A DNA stretch of 52,139 nt, counting the filler, from Ionaspis alba (taxonomy: Eukaryota): the NCBI GenBank assembly GCA_964255285.1. It is 2 parts of 2 records of this genome, joined end to end, with 100 filler letters (N's around TTAATTAATTAA, not from the genome) between each part and the next. Parts side by side here need not be neighbours in the genome. Positions count along the whole stretch, not along the records: positions 1 to 26,025 come from CAXUUL010000150.1; positions 26,126 to 52,139 come from CAXUUL010000151.1. One strand, written 5' to 3'. The translations under genes and the position numbers were made by a program. The notes below the pieces were generated by a model that saw only the letters and a list, made by a program, of their open reading frames with translations, did no database searches and had not been told where the DNA came from. Below are positions 23,865 through 37,300 of the stretch, piece by piece (the first letter of the stretch is position 1; the number at the start of each line of letters is the position of its first letter).

Positions 23865-25079
23865 ATGGGCTCCCAATTAGTCGACGTTATTCTTGCAGAC
23901 ATAAGAAGAGACGGCTTGTTTGACAGCAAAGAGCCCAAAGCAAACAATCTTACGAACGACATTCATACGTTGCTTTGCCGAGAACGGTGGCCAGGTATGC
24001 ACGACTCCCACTGGGTCGTCCTCGAACCAGTCTTACGCCTTTCTACCCGTTTGCTAAGTGCTCACGCTAGCTTTCTGTTCTTCTATTCCATTATCAATGC
24101 AAAGCGAAAGATAGATTCTGCGCTGTCCGCAAAACATGGCGCAAACATAAGTGTCATCGGCCGCCTCGACCCATACCGACACAAAGATCAACCGATTCGA
24201 CAAGTCCGAGAGGACTACGCTGAAAACCTGAAATTGATTGCCTCTCACCTAAAATTGGGAGTCATTGCTGGAGATGACCACAGGTGGTCAGGTCCAAGCC
24301 ACCTGGCCAGAACGATAATGCTACCAGATCAAGAGATTGATTTCCAGAATTACGGCCAGAGTGGCGTTGCGGGCAACGCATGTCATGTATTTGTCAGGTC
24401 TACGACGATCGAACATATGCTCAAGCTGGAGCAGGAAAGAAAAAAGGACATCAAGGCAATCAACGAGCTTCTCCGAGTCCAATTCCACCTCGCAGTCGTC
24501 ATCTGCCATGAACTCGCTCACGTTGTCGGCCGAGCCGTGGACAAGGACGTACATGAGCCATTCTGGGAGGAGCATAGGGTAAACGAATTGGGTCACGTAT
24601 GGGAACAGGAGGTCTTTGGGGGTTGTGTGACTGATGACGGCGGTCACTACAAGCACTTGTATGTTACCAAGTTTCCAACAACCCATGAGAGGGAAACAGG
24701 TCTGATAGTGACGCGACGAGACCCAAAGGGTTCCTCGACCGCTTATTACATTCCCATGCCATTCATACAGCGAACTTCGCTGCAAGTCTTCTGGGACCGG
24801 TGGTTCCCAACCGTCGACGACACAATGCTCTTCATTCCCAAACACATCGGCTGGCGGACTCAGGGAACGGGCCCCATTGATCCAGAGTGGAGGCGTTCTC
24901 AATCAAGTGAGGGTAGATGGCCTGCGAACAGCGATAAAATGGTGGTAAGACCCCTGAAGAAAGAAGCGGCGATAAGCATTCCTGCGGCCCCAAGGACACG
25001 TTATGCTAGTCGATCTCCATCGCCTACCGTAGCAGTCCCCGGAGCATCCGTTGGAGCACGCGCCGGAGAGCCCGCGTAA
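23865..25079 (+). CDS. Intronless hypothetical protein with HEXXH zincin-like motif (about 404 aa; in-frame upstream ATG at 23721)
   Basis: Long ORF with caccATGG context at 23865. Contains ICHELAH...EPFWEEHRVNELGHVWEQEVFGG. No signal peptide visible. Confidence 0.7.
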   Translation: MGSQLVDVILADIRRDGLFDSKEPKANNLTNDIHTLLCRERWPGMHDSHWVVLEPVLRLSTRLLSAHASFLFFYSIINAKRKIDSALSAKHGANISVIGRLDPYRHKDQPIRQVREDYAENLKLIASHLKLGVIAGDDHRWSGPSHLARTIMLPDQEIDFQNYGQSGVAGNACHVFVRSTTIEHMLKLEQERKKDIKAINELLRVQFHLAVVICHELAHVVGRAVDKDVHEPFWEEHRVNELGHVWEQEVFGGCVTDDGGHYKHLYVTKFPTTHERETGLIVTRRDPKGSSTAYYIPMPFIQRTSLQVFWDRWFPTVDDTMLFIPKHIGWRTQGTGPIDPEWRRSQSSEGRWPANSDKMVVRPLKKEAAISIPAAPRTRYASRSPSPTVAVPGASVGARAGEPA

Positions 25080-26025
25080 GCACTCTCTAGACCCCTCTGG
25101 AACAAACCTTTGGGGTGCGTACGGAGGCAAGCCGAGGCGTGTGAACGTGAGGTTTGATGGGGATATATTCTATATCAAAAAAAAAGTTACACATAACGGA
25201 AATCCGGAAGAATAAAGGCTGGTACACTTTATACTAGACAGCCAAGGTAGAGAGTTGTTTGGCTTGATTTTAATCCTGATAGGAAACAGTTGAGTATCTC
25301 ATCGTGGTCTCCCTCGCCCCATGACAATGCAAGTGATGGTGGTGAATCAGTAGCCCGCGCTAACGCGACATGTCAATAGAATAATGACGACCCATTGTAG
25401 CTATAGCTCAAACTAAGTGACCGAGTCAAGACGATGACAGTAAAATGCCTTCTGCCCTGCTTTTACAATCCATTTGTGCAGGGCAGAAAGCCGTGGGCTT
25501 AGTAGACTTAACTAATTGGTTTGGCAAGGCCAATAAAGGCCCAATTGAGTGATTGACCCACGAATTGAGCACTACAGCGAGGAGATGGTCAGCGCGCCTG
25601 GTAATGGCTTGGTGAACAGCTTTAAATGTCGGATATAGGGCAGAACTGCATTTACCGGCTTGGCCATTCATATTCAGCAACTGAAGAAATATTCCGCAAA
25701 CATCGCGGTCTGGCTACCGCAGCGGCTTTCCATGATACTTATAATCCTCCCGTTGCGTTTTCTGAACTCTTAAAATCAACCAAGTGCAGCTTGGGGTTCC
25801 GTAAGCAATCAACTCGAAAAGCAAAATCTTACATCTTCCGATTCTGCAGTTGTAGCATGAATCACTCGTTATATTAAAGACGCAAAAATATGTGAGCATT
25901 TTTTGATAGGTGCTCACAGTTTATCATAAAGTCTTGGCATTCGAGCTCAAGGGACGAATGCCTGCCAAAACAAGCCACGCACCCCGAAGGTAGATTAGCG
26001 ATGTAGTCCCCTAACACCCCTATAG

Positions 26026-26125
26026 NNNNNNNNNNNNNNNNNNNNNNNNNNNNNNNNNNNNNNNNNNNNTTAATTAATTAANNNNNNNNNNNNNNNNNNN
26101 NNNNNNNNNNNNNNNNNNNNNNNNN
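26026..26125. other. Assembly gap/artificial contig linker (N44-TTAATTAATTAA-N44)
   Basis: Exactly 100 nt with a central six-frame-stop palindrome at 26070-26081. Confidence 0.97.
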
Positions 26126-26534
26126 GAGAGCTTCGCTGAGAGGCTGGAGGGAGCTCCGACAGACTCGAAGCTAGCAGGGATGTAGCGGAACCAGAAAAGC
26201 GTCATCGGCAATCTGAATATCAACAGCAGTGGTCGAGGTGCCTTGAGCACAACATGAAGAAGCGAGTGGTGATGTTTGATGACCAAGATGCTGCCTTGAA
26301 ATTCAGTGAATGTCTTTATGAGCGACGACCTTCATTCTCTTTCGAGACGTAGTCGTTGATGAATCCTCAACGGTGCACGCGACTTTCTCTCTCTACGACG
26401 TGTCTTGGTGGCTATCAGGCCTTGCACGTCAACCTAAATCCTTCTTTCAAGCTCTTAAGCTTGTCATCGTCCCGCTTTCCTCCAGAACTCTGCGGTTCTC
26501 ATTCCATTTGACCTCCGCATGACATGATAAGTCG

Positions 26535-29500
26535 ATGACCAGGATGGCTACTCCTCAACGTCCAAACCTCGCGGCGAATGATGTTGCTGCCCTGCTGCCA
26601 AAGTTCTCAGACCTCGACTCCGATATTAGGTACATGTCCTGGGTAGATCTCTGCAATATCCTGACCCAAGGACCTGCTCATTTACTTGCCAACGACTACA
26701 ACACCAGCGCTAGGACTATTGACTGCCTTTTGAAAGCCTTGGATGACACAAATGGAGATGTCCAGAGTCAAGCTCTTAAGAGGTAGAGTCCCTCGTCTTC
26801 TACATATCACTTATGCTAACCAGGATCTTTTTCCAGTATTGGACCCTTTGCTGCCAGTGCACCAGCCGATATTTTGTGCCCCTTAGTTGAAAAGCTCACA
26901 AACGTTGACACGAGCAAATCTCTCGATAGCTCCATTCCAGCAACAGCTACGCGAACCCTTGTGGTGTCATTTCAAAGACCCATTAGTGGGATTCCGCCAT
27001 CAAAAGAAGCACTTAATGCCTACAGCGCAATAAGCAAAGTTCTCGTCCCTCGACTATTAGGCTACATCGTTATTCCACATGGCATCAAAGGCCTCCCAGA
27101 TCCTCCACCGGGAATGCTCAGTATCGACCCTGCTAAGGGTGCGGATGCTGATGCAATTGATCTTCTACATGAGGTGATTCGCTGCTTTGGACCACTATTA
27201 CAAGAGCCGGAGAAACAAGCTTTCCAGAGAAGAATAATGGAAATTCTTGACGATCCTCGCACAGGGAACGTTACAAAGAAGAAAGCCGTCGCAGCAATGT
27301 CTATCCTTGCGGTATACATGCCCGAATCCTTGCTCAGTGCCTTCGTGTCCCATACCATCGAAAGTTTCCGTAGCTCACACTTAACGCCCTTGCAGAGACG
27401 ACTGTTGATCACGATGGTCGGCTCTGTTGCTCGCTCCATCCCTCGACGCTTCGGCCAATACCTGAAGACCATCGCACCATTCATTCTTAGCGCTCTCAGC
27501 CAGCAAGAATTTGATGAATCGGCAGAAGGTCGTAATGAAGATGGTATTGGGGACCCGCAGGCGGAGGAAGTTAAGGAGACTGCGCTCATTGCTCTCGACG
27601 ATTTTCTATCATCATGCAGCGATGAGATGAGAATGTTCACGAACGACGCGATTGAGGCGAGTCTACGATACGTAGACTACAACCCTAGCCTGGCGATGGA
27701 TGAAGACGATGAAGAAATGGGTGGTACGCAAGTGGACGATGATGAAGGCGCGAACGTTGATGATGCTGTAGACGACGATGACGAAGATTTCGAGGAAGAA
27801 GAAGCCATGAGTGATTCCGATGATGCAAGTTGGAAGATCCGACGTTGTGCGGCCAAAGCTTTGTACACAATCATTTCGACACGAGGAAGTGGTGATTTGC
27901 TAGAGAATGGGACGCTTTACGAGAAAGTTGCCCCAGCTTTGATTAAATGCTTGAAAGAAAGAGAGGAAAATGTACGACTAGAGATTCTAGCTACATTGGC
28001 TGCGTTGGTGAGAAAGACTGGCGAAGGCGGTTCTACTGTCAATATGGTACCTGAGGATGAAGGCTATGCTTCTGGGACTTATATGTCCAAGACACGAAAG
28101 AGGCGTAGAGGAGGCTCTGATGCTAGTATGTTCGATGTCCCAGGCCCACAGCGACCTCCGAAAAGAAAATCGTCACAGGCGGATCGAAATACTGGCCCCC
28201 GCGCTGATCTTGCGCGCCTTGGAGGTTCTATTGTCCGCAACGGCATCAGACTTTTGAAGCAGAAGTCGATCCCAACTCGACAGGCAGCGACTACTCTGCT
28301 TCGTGATTTCACGGTCGTTGAGCATGGTGGTCTCACAGAGAATCTTGGACAGATCTTGGATTCTGTTGTCGAGAACATCAAGTCTTCAACTTCGCTTGCC
28401 GGTGGGCCTCCCATAGTCTATTCTGGTGGCGCTACATCAGCGACAGGTATCAGCCTCCGGATCGAATCCTTGCATCTTATTCGTGCGATCAGTGACACAC
28501 ACTCGACGTCTGATCTTGTTCCATTCATGGGCAAGATTATTCCTGGTTTGGTTTCTTCTGTCAACGACAAATACTTTAAAGTCTCCAGCGAGGCCATCTG
28601 TGTTTCGGAAAGCCTGGTCAGAGTCCTTACGCCACCAAGAGCATTGGGCAATGAAGACCAATTGAAAATGTATCTGGAACAAATATTTGATTCAGTTGTG
28701 GAGAAGGCGAGAGCGAACGATACTGATCTTGAGGTACGGCAGCGAGCCATACATGCCCTTGGAACGATGTTAGCACAAACGTCAGGATCAATGACCTCAG
28801 CTCTTCTGCCCTCGGCCAAGAGGTCCAAGTCGATGGATATCCTGCTCGAGCGATTACGAAACGAGACTACTCGTATTGCCTCTGTTCAAGCCATCGATCT
28901 CATGTCAGAATGTCCAATTCAGCAAGGCGAACTCACGTCAAATTGGATCCAAGGCACTACACTTGAGCTTGCTAATCAACTGAGGAAATCCGATCGTGTA
29001 CTTCGAGCCTCAAGTTTGGCTACTCTAGGACAACTCGTGACTAACCAAGCTGTGCTGGATGGCCTAGATAATGCTGGTGTCAAGATTCTTGCTGACTTGA
29101 TATTACCACTTGTTGATGCTAATAACCTTGCACTCTTGGGACAGGCACTGAGTGTACTCACAGACCTCGTTAATTGGAAGTCGAAGCAAGTGGTCAGCTC
29201 AGACCTCAACAAAGCTCTGTGCGAAGTCGTGGTCACTCCCTTGGCTGGGTCTGTTCTGGAAAATTTTCTCGGCCTCGTTTCTGCTATAGGAGCACAAGGG
29301 TCTGGTAAGTCTCTGATGGAGGGTTTTCTCAAAAATGTTGGCGTCACTGGTGACCCAGCCATTGTCGGTTCAGCTATAGGTACGCTTCTTGTGTCGGGCA
29401 GTACCACTGTCGGGGTCTCCATAAAGGATATCGTGAACGAGCTTCAGACTGCCCAGGATGACCAGCGTAAGTGCTTAGCTCTTGCGATTCTGGGGGAAGC

Positions 29501-30759
29501 CACCCTGCTTCTTGGCCCGTCATCACCCATTCAACCCAAAACATTTCTGGACTACTTCCAGTCAAAATCGGAACAAGTGCCTCGAGCTGCAGCTGTGGCT
29601 CTTGGTCGTGCTGGAGCCGGCAACGGCCCTCTTTATCTACCTGTCATCTTGGCGCAAATCGACAAACCAGGGAGCCCACAGTTGCTACTTCTTCAATCGA
29701 TCAAAGAAATCTTGCAGTCTGCTGCCAGAGGTCGGACGGACATTACAGCGCACACGGAAGATTTGTGGCAAATGCTGGCAAAGATTTCCCAGATAGAGGA
29801 TAACAAGGCCGTTGGAGCTGAGTGCATTGGCAGATTGGTCGGCATTGAGCCAAATAGATATCTTCCACTCCTTCAGGTATGTCGTGCAAACTTCACACAT
29901 GAAGACTAGATACTGATACGATCACAGAAATATCTCCAGGACCCTAGCCCTGCGATTCGTGCCATGGCCATTCAAGCCCTCCGTTTCGCATTCACAGATG
30001 CAGAAGAAGCTTTCGACGAAGTCCTTAGACCCATCTTAATAAGCATGCTCACTACCATGCTTAACGACCCTGAGCTCGAGAACCGAAGGCTAGCACTCAT
30101 CACTCTCAATTCTGCTACCCAAAACAAGTCCGCTCTTATTCTCCCACATCTTTCCCAACTCCTTCCTTTCGTGATTGAAGAATCGAAACTCAATCCCATT
30201 CTTGTCCGCGAGGTGCAAATGGGACCATTCAAGCACAAAGTCGATGATGGGCTCGAGATCAGAAAGGTACTAATAATCGGCATCCCATGACATGAACCCC
30301 AAGACTCACTTGAAACAATAGAGCGCCTACGAGACCCTACACGCTCTCATGGACACGGCCTTCGCACGTATGTCTGCTCCCGCACTATTCGACCGCGTTA
30401 TCGCTGGCGTTCAAGACGAGCACGACATAAAAATGCTCTGCAACCTGATGCTGACAAAACTCATCACACTCGATCCCGAGGAAACGATCCGACGACTCGA
30501 TTCCATCGCCGAGCGATTCCAGGCCGTTTTGGCCACCAAGTTGAAGGACAATGCCGTGCGCCAGGAAGTTGAGAAGGCACAGCAGGCCAACAAAGATGTC
30601 CTCAAGGTAACGGTACGCTTACAGGCGCTGTTCCAGGCAGCGGCGGCCGCGACATCGGGCAGTCAGCATGCGGTGTGGAGAGGGTATTGGGAGCATGTGG
30701 GGAAGGACTTCCGCACGACCTTACTGGCAGCGGAAGCGGCCGTGAAAGAGGAGCGATGA
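26535..30759 (+). CDS. CAND1: Cullin-associated NEDD8-dissociated protein 1, full length (about 1354 aa)
   Basis: DSDIRYMS, acidic loop + DDASWKIRRCAAK, EREENVRLE, ERLRNETTR, TIP120 motif REVQMGPFKHKVDDGLEIRK|SAYET. Introns 26783-26836, 29877-29927, 30267-30321. Confidence 0.95.
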
Positions 30760-31335
30760 GCCAAGTGTTTCCACCTTTAGTCTCACCAGTGTACAGAACG
30801 TGGTTTACTACGTACAAAGCGTTGTGAGTGCATAACTGGTAGCTTTCGGATCATCGAGCTAGATCAGCGGTTCGAATGGCAAACGAGTCACCCACGATTT
30901 TCTGTCATCGTGTTGCTTTCCATACTAAAGGCAGTTAAAAGAGAAACTTAACGCTAGAGATCGGTGCCTTTCAAAGGACATTGAGTCTGAACTCATACAG
31001 AATGTATGGATTCTTTCCTGCGAAAGATGCCTGTGAACTAGACTCTTACCCGTCATACCCGGACGCGCTTTAGATCGTGGATAAACCCCCTGGTCTCCCT
31101 GATATAAGCTCGTTAGTTCGATGTCAGGTGGTAGTGCCTAGGTGTCTTAGTGGGTCAGTCCGCGATATAACGTATGATGAAACACAAGGCAGCTACTGGT
31201 TGTGTAAGTCACCAGGTCAGTGGGATATGATATTAGTGTTCCATTCCATGGCTTCTTAATACTTCGAAACTTCGTAGATGAACAGCCAAAGAATTCCTTC
31301 CTGCCGCAGCACATAACGAGTTTTCCCCTTGATTT

Positions 31336-34300
31336 TTAGGCATAAGCCGCCCATCCACAAAACAAAAGCGCCAGATTCCGCTCATCAGTCGCCTGCTGAA
31401 TGAGCTCATTAACCGTGGCCGAAACGCTCAACCCTTTCCCCAATTTCTTACCCACAACGATCAACGCACGATCAGCCTCCCCAGGCTCGTTCGGTCTTTT
31501 CTCGCTCTTCAAAGGCGCACCTTCTCCATCGCCTCTCGCTATCACTGCACCCGCCTCTGCCTCCTCTTGTTGATCTTGAAGTTTCTTTAGTCGGAGAGGC
31601 GAAAGAGACCACGAGTATAGAGGGTCGTATCGTAGCACATCGAGGATAGTCATGATGGTGTACGATTCGTTACGCAGAGCCTCAAGGGTAAATTCGCAGC
31701 AACGGCGGAATACACCTTCCGTGCGCGTTAGACCCATACCATCGACGAGATCGCGAGTTAGACGAAAAGGCACGACTTCGGGAACGGGAAGGACGCGGCC
31801 TTGTTCGAATGCGATACCAAGGTCGATGTGTACCACTTCTCCGGTCTTCTCGTCTAGAAGGATGTTGTGCCCGTGGCGATCACCAAGGCCAAGAACGTAG
31901 CCTAGGATGGAGATGGCGGCTGTGCTGCGAGTGTAGGCGAGGCGCCTTTCGAACCAGTCATCAGGGCTTTCAAAACGCTCCATGAAGAAGTAATGGAGTA
32001 CGGGGTGGAAACGGTCGCAGACAGAGCGGTAGGTCTTGACTCGGACGTCTACTGGCTTGTTCTGTGCGTCTGAGATATGTTTGCGGCAGACATTCGGTTT
32101 GAGGTCGTTTGGGAAGTATCGCTGATGGGCGGGCATGAGGTAGTCGTGCAAGGGAATCGTGTTGGAGACAAACTCGATGATACCAGATGTGGCTGTCAAC
32201 GGCAACACCTTGTAGGTTCTGATCCCAAGGTTTCTCTGTCGAGTAGCTCTATGAGACTTCAACAGGTTACTGACTTGTTCAAATACCTGCTCCATGATGG
32301 CGTCTTGTCGTAAATCATCATTGCCGCCTTTGAACTATTCCGACTTAGCTGAATACCATAATGCTGATGGGGCATCTCTTACCAGTTGCTTGTACTTCTG
32401 ACCGTCCGTCCCGATTGCGGTCAGAATTTTTGGCGCACTAATACCAGAAGCCACAGTAAATTCAGACTGAAATTTGGCGATGTGAGGCACGTCGCTGTAA
32501 TTGCAATCTGCCCGCAGCCGAAGACGTGCGGTAGGAGGAGGTATTTGGTGTACCAAGCCGTCTGTTTCGAGTTTCTTTCCATGTGGCGACTTTGTAAGAG
32601 GCACTTTCGAGCCTGGTTTGTAATTTTCATTTTCTGGCTTTTCCGCTGCGAAACGAACGAAATTGATATTTGAGTTGTGGACTGCTAGCCAAATGGGTCC
32701 TGCTTTCTTGTTCGCCTTTAAGAGACTTACGATATGACTTGCGGCCGCGTGTCGTGATAGAGCGGCTCGATCTTTCCCACCCTTCGTCTTGCTACTAGCA
32801 AAGATCTGATACATCCCGTGAAAGGGATGGTCATAGCATATCCGAAAAACAAGGGACGAAAGCAAAGCCTGGAACTCGTTCGGCTCGTCAAGCAAACGTG
32901 ATGTCCACTGATTCATGAGCGGCGCAAATTTACGGCTTGCAACCTGACCGATGCACTTTGCTACAGCAGCATTTGCGATCTCGTTCTCAGATTGCTCCAT
33001 CCAAAGCGCAGAGAATCGCAACAAGTCTCCGTCATAATCATCACAAGCTTTGAGGCCAAGCAAGTAATTCTCCAGACTCTGGCGAAGAAAGGCCTGCCGA
33101 CTGTCCTGGAGTCGCTGGAATTCCCGATTGTCTAATTCGAACCATTGCTTAGCTTTGGTACGATAGCTCTTTAGATTGTCCTTCTCTTTCGCCTGCGATT
33201 CGGCTGCCTTGATCATTCCGTCGAGCTCACGAACCTCAGCTTCCTTGCGATCACGAAGTCGCTGTATGCGGCGGAAATCCTCCAGACTGTCTGCGTTCTG
33301 TAATTGTCGGTCACAGAAAGAGGCAAACTCATGGAAGACCTGTCCGGCCTCTGAACCCTCCGAGAGTCCGTGAAGCGCTTTTATGGCGGGAGACAGGTAA
33401 TTTGAAATGATCTCGTCAGGCTTTTCCAGACGCGCTTCTGAAATTCGATGACCCTAAAAATAAATGAACGAGCTGTTGTAAGTTTTCGGAGGCCATGATC
33501 ATTACTGACCAGCTTTGCTAGTAGCTCGGATTTGCCAATTTGCACATCTTGAGAACGCAGATCTGTTCCTTGTTGGATGTCTTGAAGCATTCTAATTGAA
33601 GCTGATAGTTCTTCCTGTTCCCAGAGTACGTTTGCACCTTCGAAATGGACGGCTGCGTCTATTTTCAAGCCGATCTCAAGACAAGGCTTAACCATCTGCG
33701 AAAGATAGGTCGCCGTGGATAAAGCGCTCTGTAGTGCCCCGTGGCATCGATTGAGAGCAGAAGATGATAGTAGTACACGACATTCGATCGCTCTCGCACT
33801 TCTATGTGAAACTCTGAGAAGATTCTGCAGACTCTTGCTCTTCGATAGTGTGCTGTAGAGAGTTTCACGGCAGGACATCAATGTGCTGCTGTACTCCAAG
33901 CTTTTCATTATCAGTCGGCTTCTGCAGGGATAGGAAGAAATCATAGTCACCTTTCTGCTAGCATCCATCTAGTACGAGATTCTTGAGTAGCCCAGACATC
34001 CTGCAACTGCTCGACTCCCTCTGAACTTAGGACTTCTTCCATCTCTGCGAGCACCGCAAGGGAACCTAAGGTCGATCGGACTAGATCTCCGCTTGGTCTG
34101 TCGCCTATCAAAAGTTTCATTGTGGATGAGAAAGCAGAATTGAGAGCTGTTTTGATGATGGCGTGATCATTCGCATCGTGAATGTCTTGGAATGTTCTGA
34201 AAATGGTGGAGGCACCGCTCAACTGCGAAGGGGGACTTGGAATGTCCCAGCGTTCTAACTTTCGTGCGGTACGATACCTCGCATTAGACGACACGGCCCC

Positions 34301-37300
34301 AACACTGCGCATATCTGAGAGAACCGACTGAGAAAGACCGTTGAGATCCAGCGTATCCAGGACACTTATCAAACCCTCTTCGTTCACTTGCTCTGCTGCA
34401 TCGAGAAGCCTTATTTGGCTGTCGAAGCAAGCACCTCGAAACGATAAACTTTTGAATCCAGCGCTTTCAAATTCCAGTTGTTCCATCATGGTTGACAAAC
34501 TCGAAGGCTGTCGTACTCCATAGAAGGAGTCTTTGTCGTCCAGGTTTTGGTATATATCAAGCAAAATTTCTGCAGGGAAATCAAACCTAAGTCCGGATGA
34601 CCGACGAGAAGTCTTCGTCTTCATAGCTTCAGAGCGACCAATTTCAAGTAGCAAGAGAGCGGTCTTGAACATGCGACACCTCGTGGCAGCGGCAGCTGCA
34701 CTTTTGTAGTCCACGTCAAGCCATCGACAACGATCTGCTTTCGACGACTCGTGAGGCATTGGCTGACTACGTAAGTAGAGGATAGCTTGAAGAGCGAGGC
34801 GTACATGTGGAACTGTCATGTCGTTGATCTCGTTGAACCAGCTGGCGATGGCATTGGACATTGTTGGCCTTATTGTCGATTGATTTTCGGCATCATTAAG
34901 TAGCACAAGATGGAGTGCAAACGCAAACAGTTGTTGCGGAAGTTCATCTATCTTGTGGAGTAGGGGAACAAGCTCCATGAGTAATGTGTCTTTGGGTGCG
35001 GTGCGAATCAGAGAAATACTCAGCTGTCGGACCCAAGACGAGTAACTGACTTGGGGGTCGATCATAGAAGCGGCTTCCACTACCAATAGGCTAACCTTCT
35101 CATATTCTGTCGAAGGGCAATGAAATGGTTTCCAAAGCATTGCGGACAGCAACGACTGTGGAAGCGACCTCTCGCATTCATCCGAAAGCCCAGTTCCCAC
35201 AGCCTTGCTGACAATACCTTGAAGTGCTCGCTCAGCTAGACCGACTTCTTCCCGTCGATCCGTGAGAAGAATCTTGTGAATCTTATTCAGTAGCACACAC
35301 GTTGATTGCGAGGCCAACTTTGAAGGGCTTGTCGCGACCCGATCGGTCACGCCAAAGTTCCTGTGCTGAGTTTCCTGAACCATCTCGGTTTCAACATTAC
35401 CTTTGGCGCTGTAAGCACGACCAAGGACTCGTGCAACCCACAGGAGATATTCGGGGCTGAAGGAATTGTTGTGACAGGTTTCCCATAATACGGATGCATA
35501 CTTGGCAGCCTCTTCATCCCGTCCAAGCACGTCGTCCCGAAATGAGGGAAGTGGTTCGAAATTAACACAAAGCAATTTTAGGATCTGTTCTTGCGAAGGG
35601 CCATCAATGAGATTCCTTCCTGAGAGGCGGTCGTCAAGTAACCCAAGCAGTAATTCACTCTCGGGTGTTCCTCTTCGAGCGTTCCCCTTGTCCCTTACTT
35701 GACGTGCACAGCGGAGTATGGATCTGAGCGACTCTTCGTCCTCGCCGGACAAGATCGGTGACGTATAATCAGATGTGAACGTACCTAGCCAGGTATGGAA
35801 CTCTGCGGCTTTAGACATTGTCCGCAGGTGTTGGCTTTCTTGTGTCGTGCTCTCTTGTGGGATATTCAGAAACGCTCTCATGGAAGTAAGCACAGATACA
35901 GCCAATCCTGCGAGGAAGGAAGGCGCCTGCTCTAAATACGGAATGCCGTGCATTATTAAGTATTTGAAGATTCCCATTGCGTCTTCAGCACAGTTTATAT
36001 CTACCAGGAAGGATCGCAGAGAAGTGAGGGCCATTTCGAGGGCGTAACCGTAGAGAGCCGTCTGACCAACTATGCAGACAAGCACTCTCAGCTTGCGGAC
36101 CACGGAGCACGCATGCAGCGACCCAAGGGCTGGATGGACAGAATCAAGTAGTTCTCGGAAGATGTAGACGTACAAAGCCGGTGGCCAGGGGGATTCGATA
36201 TCGTAGACTGAGCGGGTATACAAATAGTCGATCTCGTCCACCAAAGCACTGGCTTTGAAAAATGGCTGTTGACTCACGGGAAGTGCCATCGTTGAAGCTC
36301 CTAATGAGATTATCTCTGTATAAGTGGTTTGCGCGGTAGCAAACAGCTCATGTTTTTGGAAGCCTTTTATGACGAGATCTTCCCGGTCCATAGACTTGAA
36401 CAGCCCTGCCAGGACTCGTGGGAAATGGTGAGATATTAAACTCGCGTATTTTTCCTTGCCGATCAATTTACGGAGACGTACCCCAGCGCCAGAAGCTTGT
36501 GAGTCTTGGGACGGTGGTATCGCAGCGTCCCGAGCGATACAATATGACGCAGCTTTTCCAAAAGAGATCTCTAGTACCTCTCGAAACGGCCGCGTAACAA
36601 GGCGAGACATCTGTTCAGCCTCGTCATCTTTACCAAGCATGACAATCTGTCCCGTAACTTCACTCTGAACGTCATTTAGTAGATGAGCTAGACTTGTATA
36701 ATCAAAGACACGGAAGGGAAGAGTCTTCAAAGCCTCCGCGTGCAGCCACGTGAACATGATCTGGGAGACAAAAAGTTTGAACAGCTCTTGCGAATCCTTC
36801 AGCTGAAGCGTGCGCGAGATGTGCTTCATACAGTATCTTGCGTATTCTTCAGAGCTTGGTACCTGAGCTGGGGTCTCGAATATTGCATATATCGATCGAC
36901 GGAGCAGCGTGGACCATGACGACCCCAGATATGCTAAGACAAACAACCTTATCGCGATGCCCTCCTTCCAGTCACGTTCCATCGGTAGACTAGCTATGAT
37001 ATCGTCGAGGATAGCATCATGTTCTCTTAGAATGAACAAACCAAAGATACTAGAGATTTTGATTCCGACATAGTATTTGACTGTGACGGTACCTTGCTCA
37101 AGAATTTGGAAAAGACTCGTTCTTGCTGACGGCAAGTCAAGACTCTGCGCATATTCTGGACTGATCTTAATGATCCGTAAGAGCAACTCTGACATTCGCA
37201 GGTAGACATGAGGGGACGAAATTTTGTGGTGGAGAGCAAGGTTGATGAACCATTCGTACAGACTAGACCCGGCCTCTGACATCTCTCCATCATCATTGTT

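Noticed and set aside
25595..25620. ctggtaatggcttggt resembling the fungal SRP RNA 5' end
   Set aside because: Imperfect match and no helix-8 motif downstream.
25990..26012. gatgtagtcc resembling a group I intron S element
   Set aside because: No properly spaced R/P7 partner or host gene.
26070..26081. TTAATTAATTAA palindrome, and the ORF 26074-26286 running into it
   Set aside because: Artificial six-frame-stop linker centred in N runs; not biological.
30835..30890. ggttcgaat B-box/tRNA-like motif
   Set aside because: No cloverleaf or acceptor stem can be formed.
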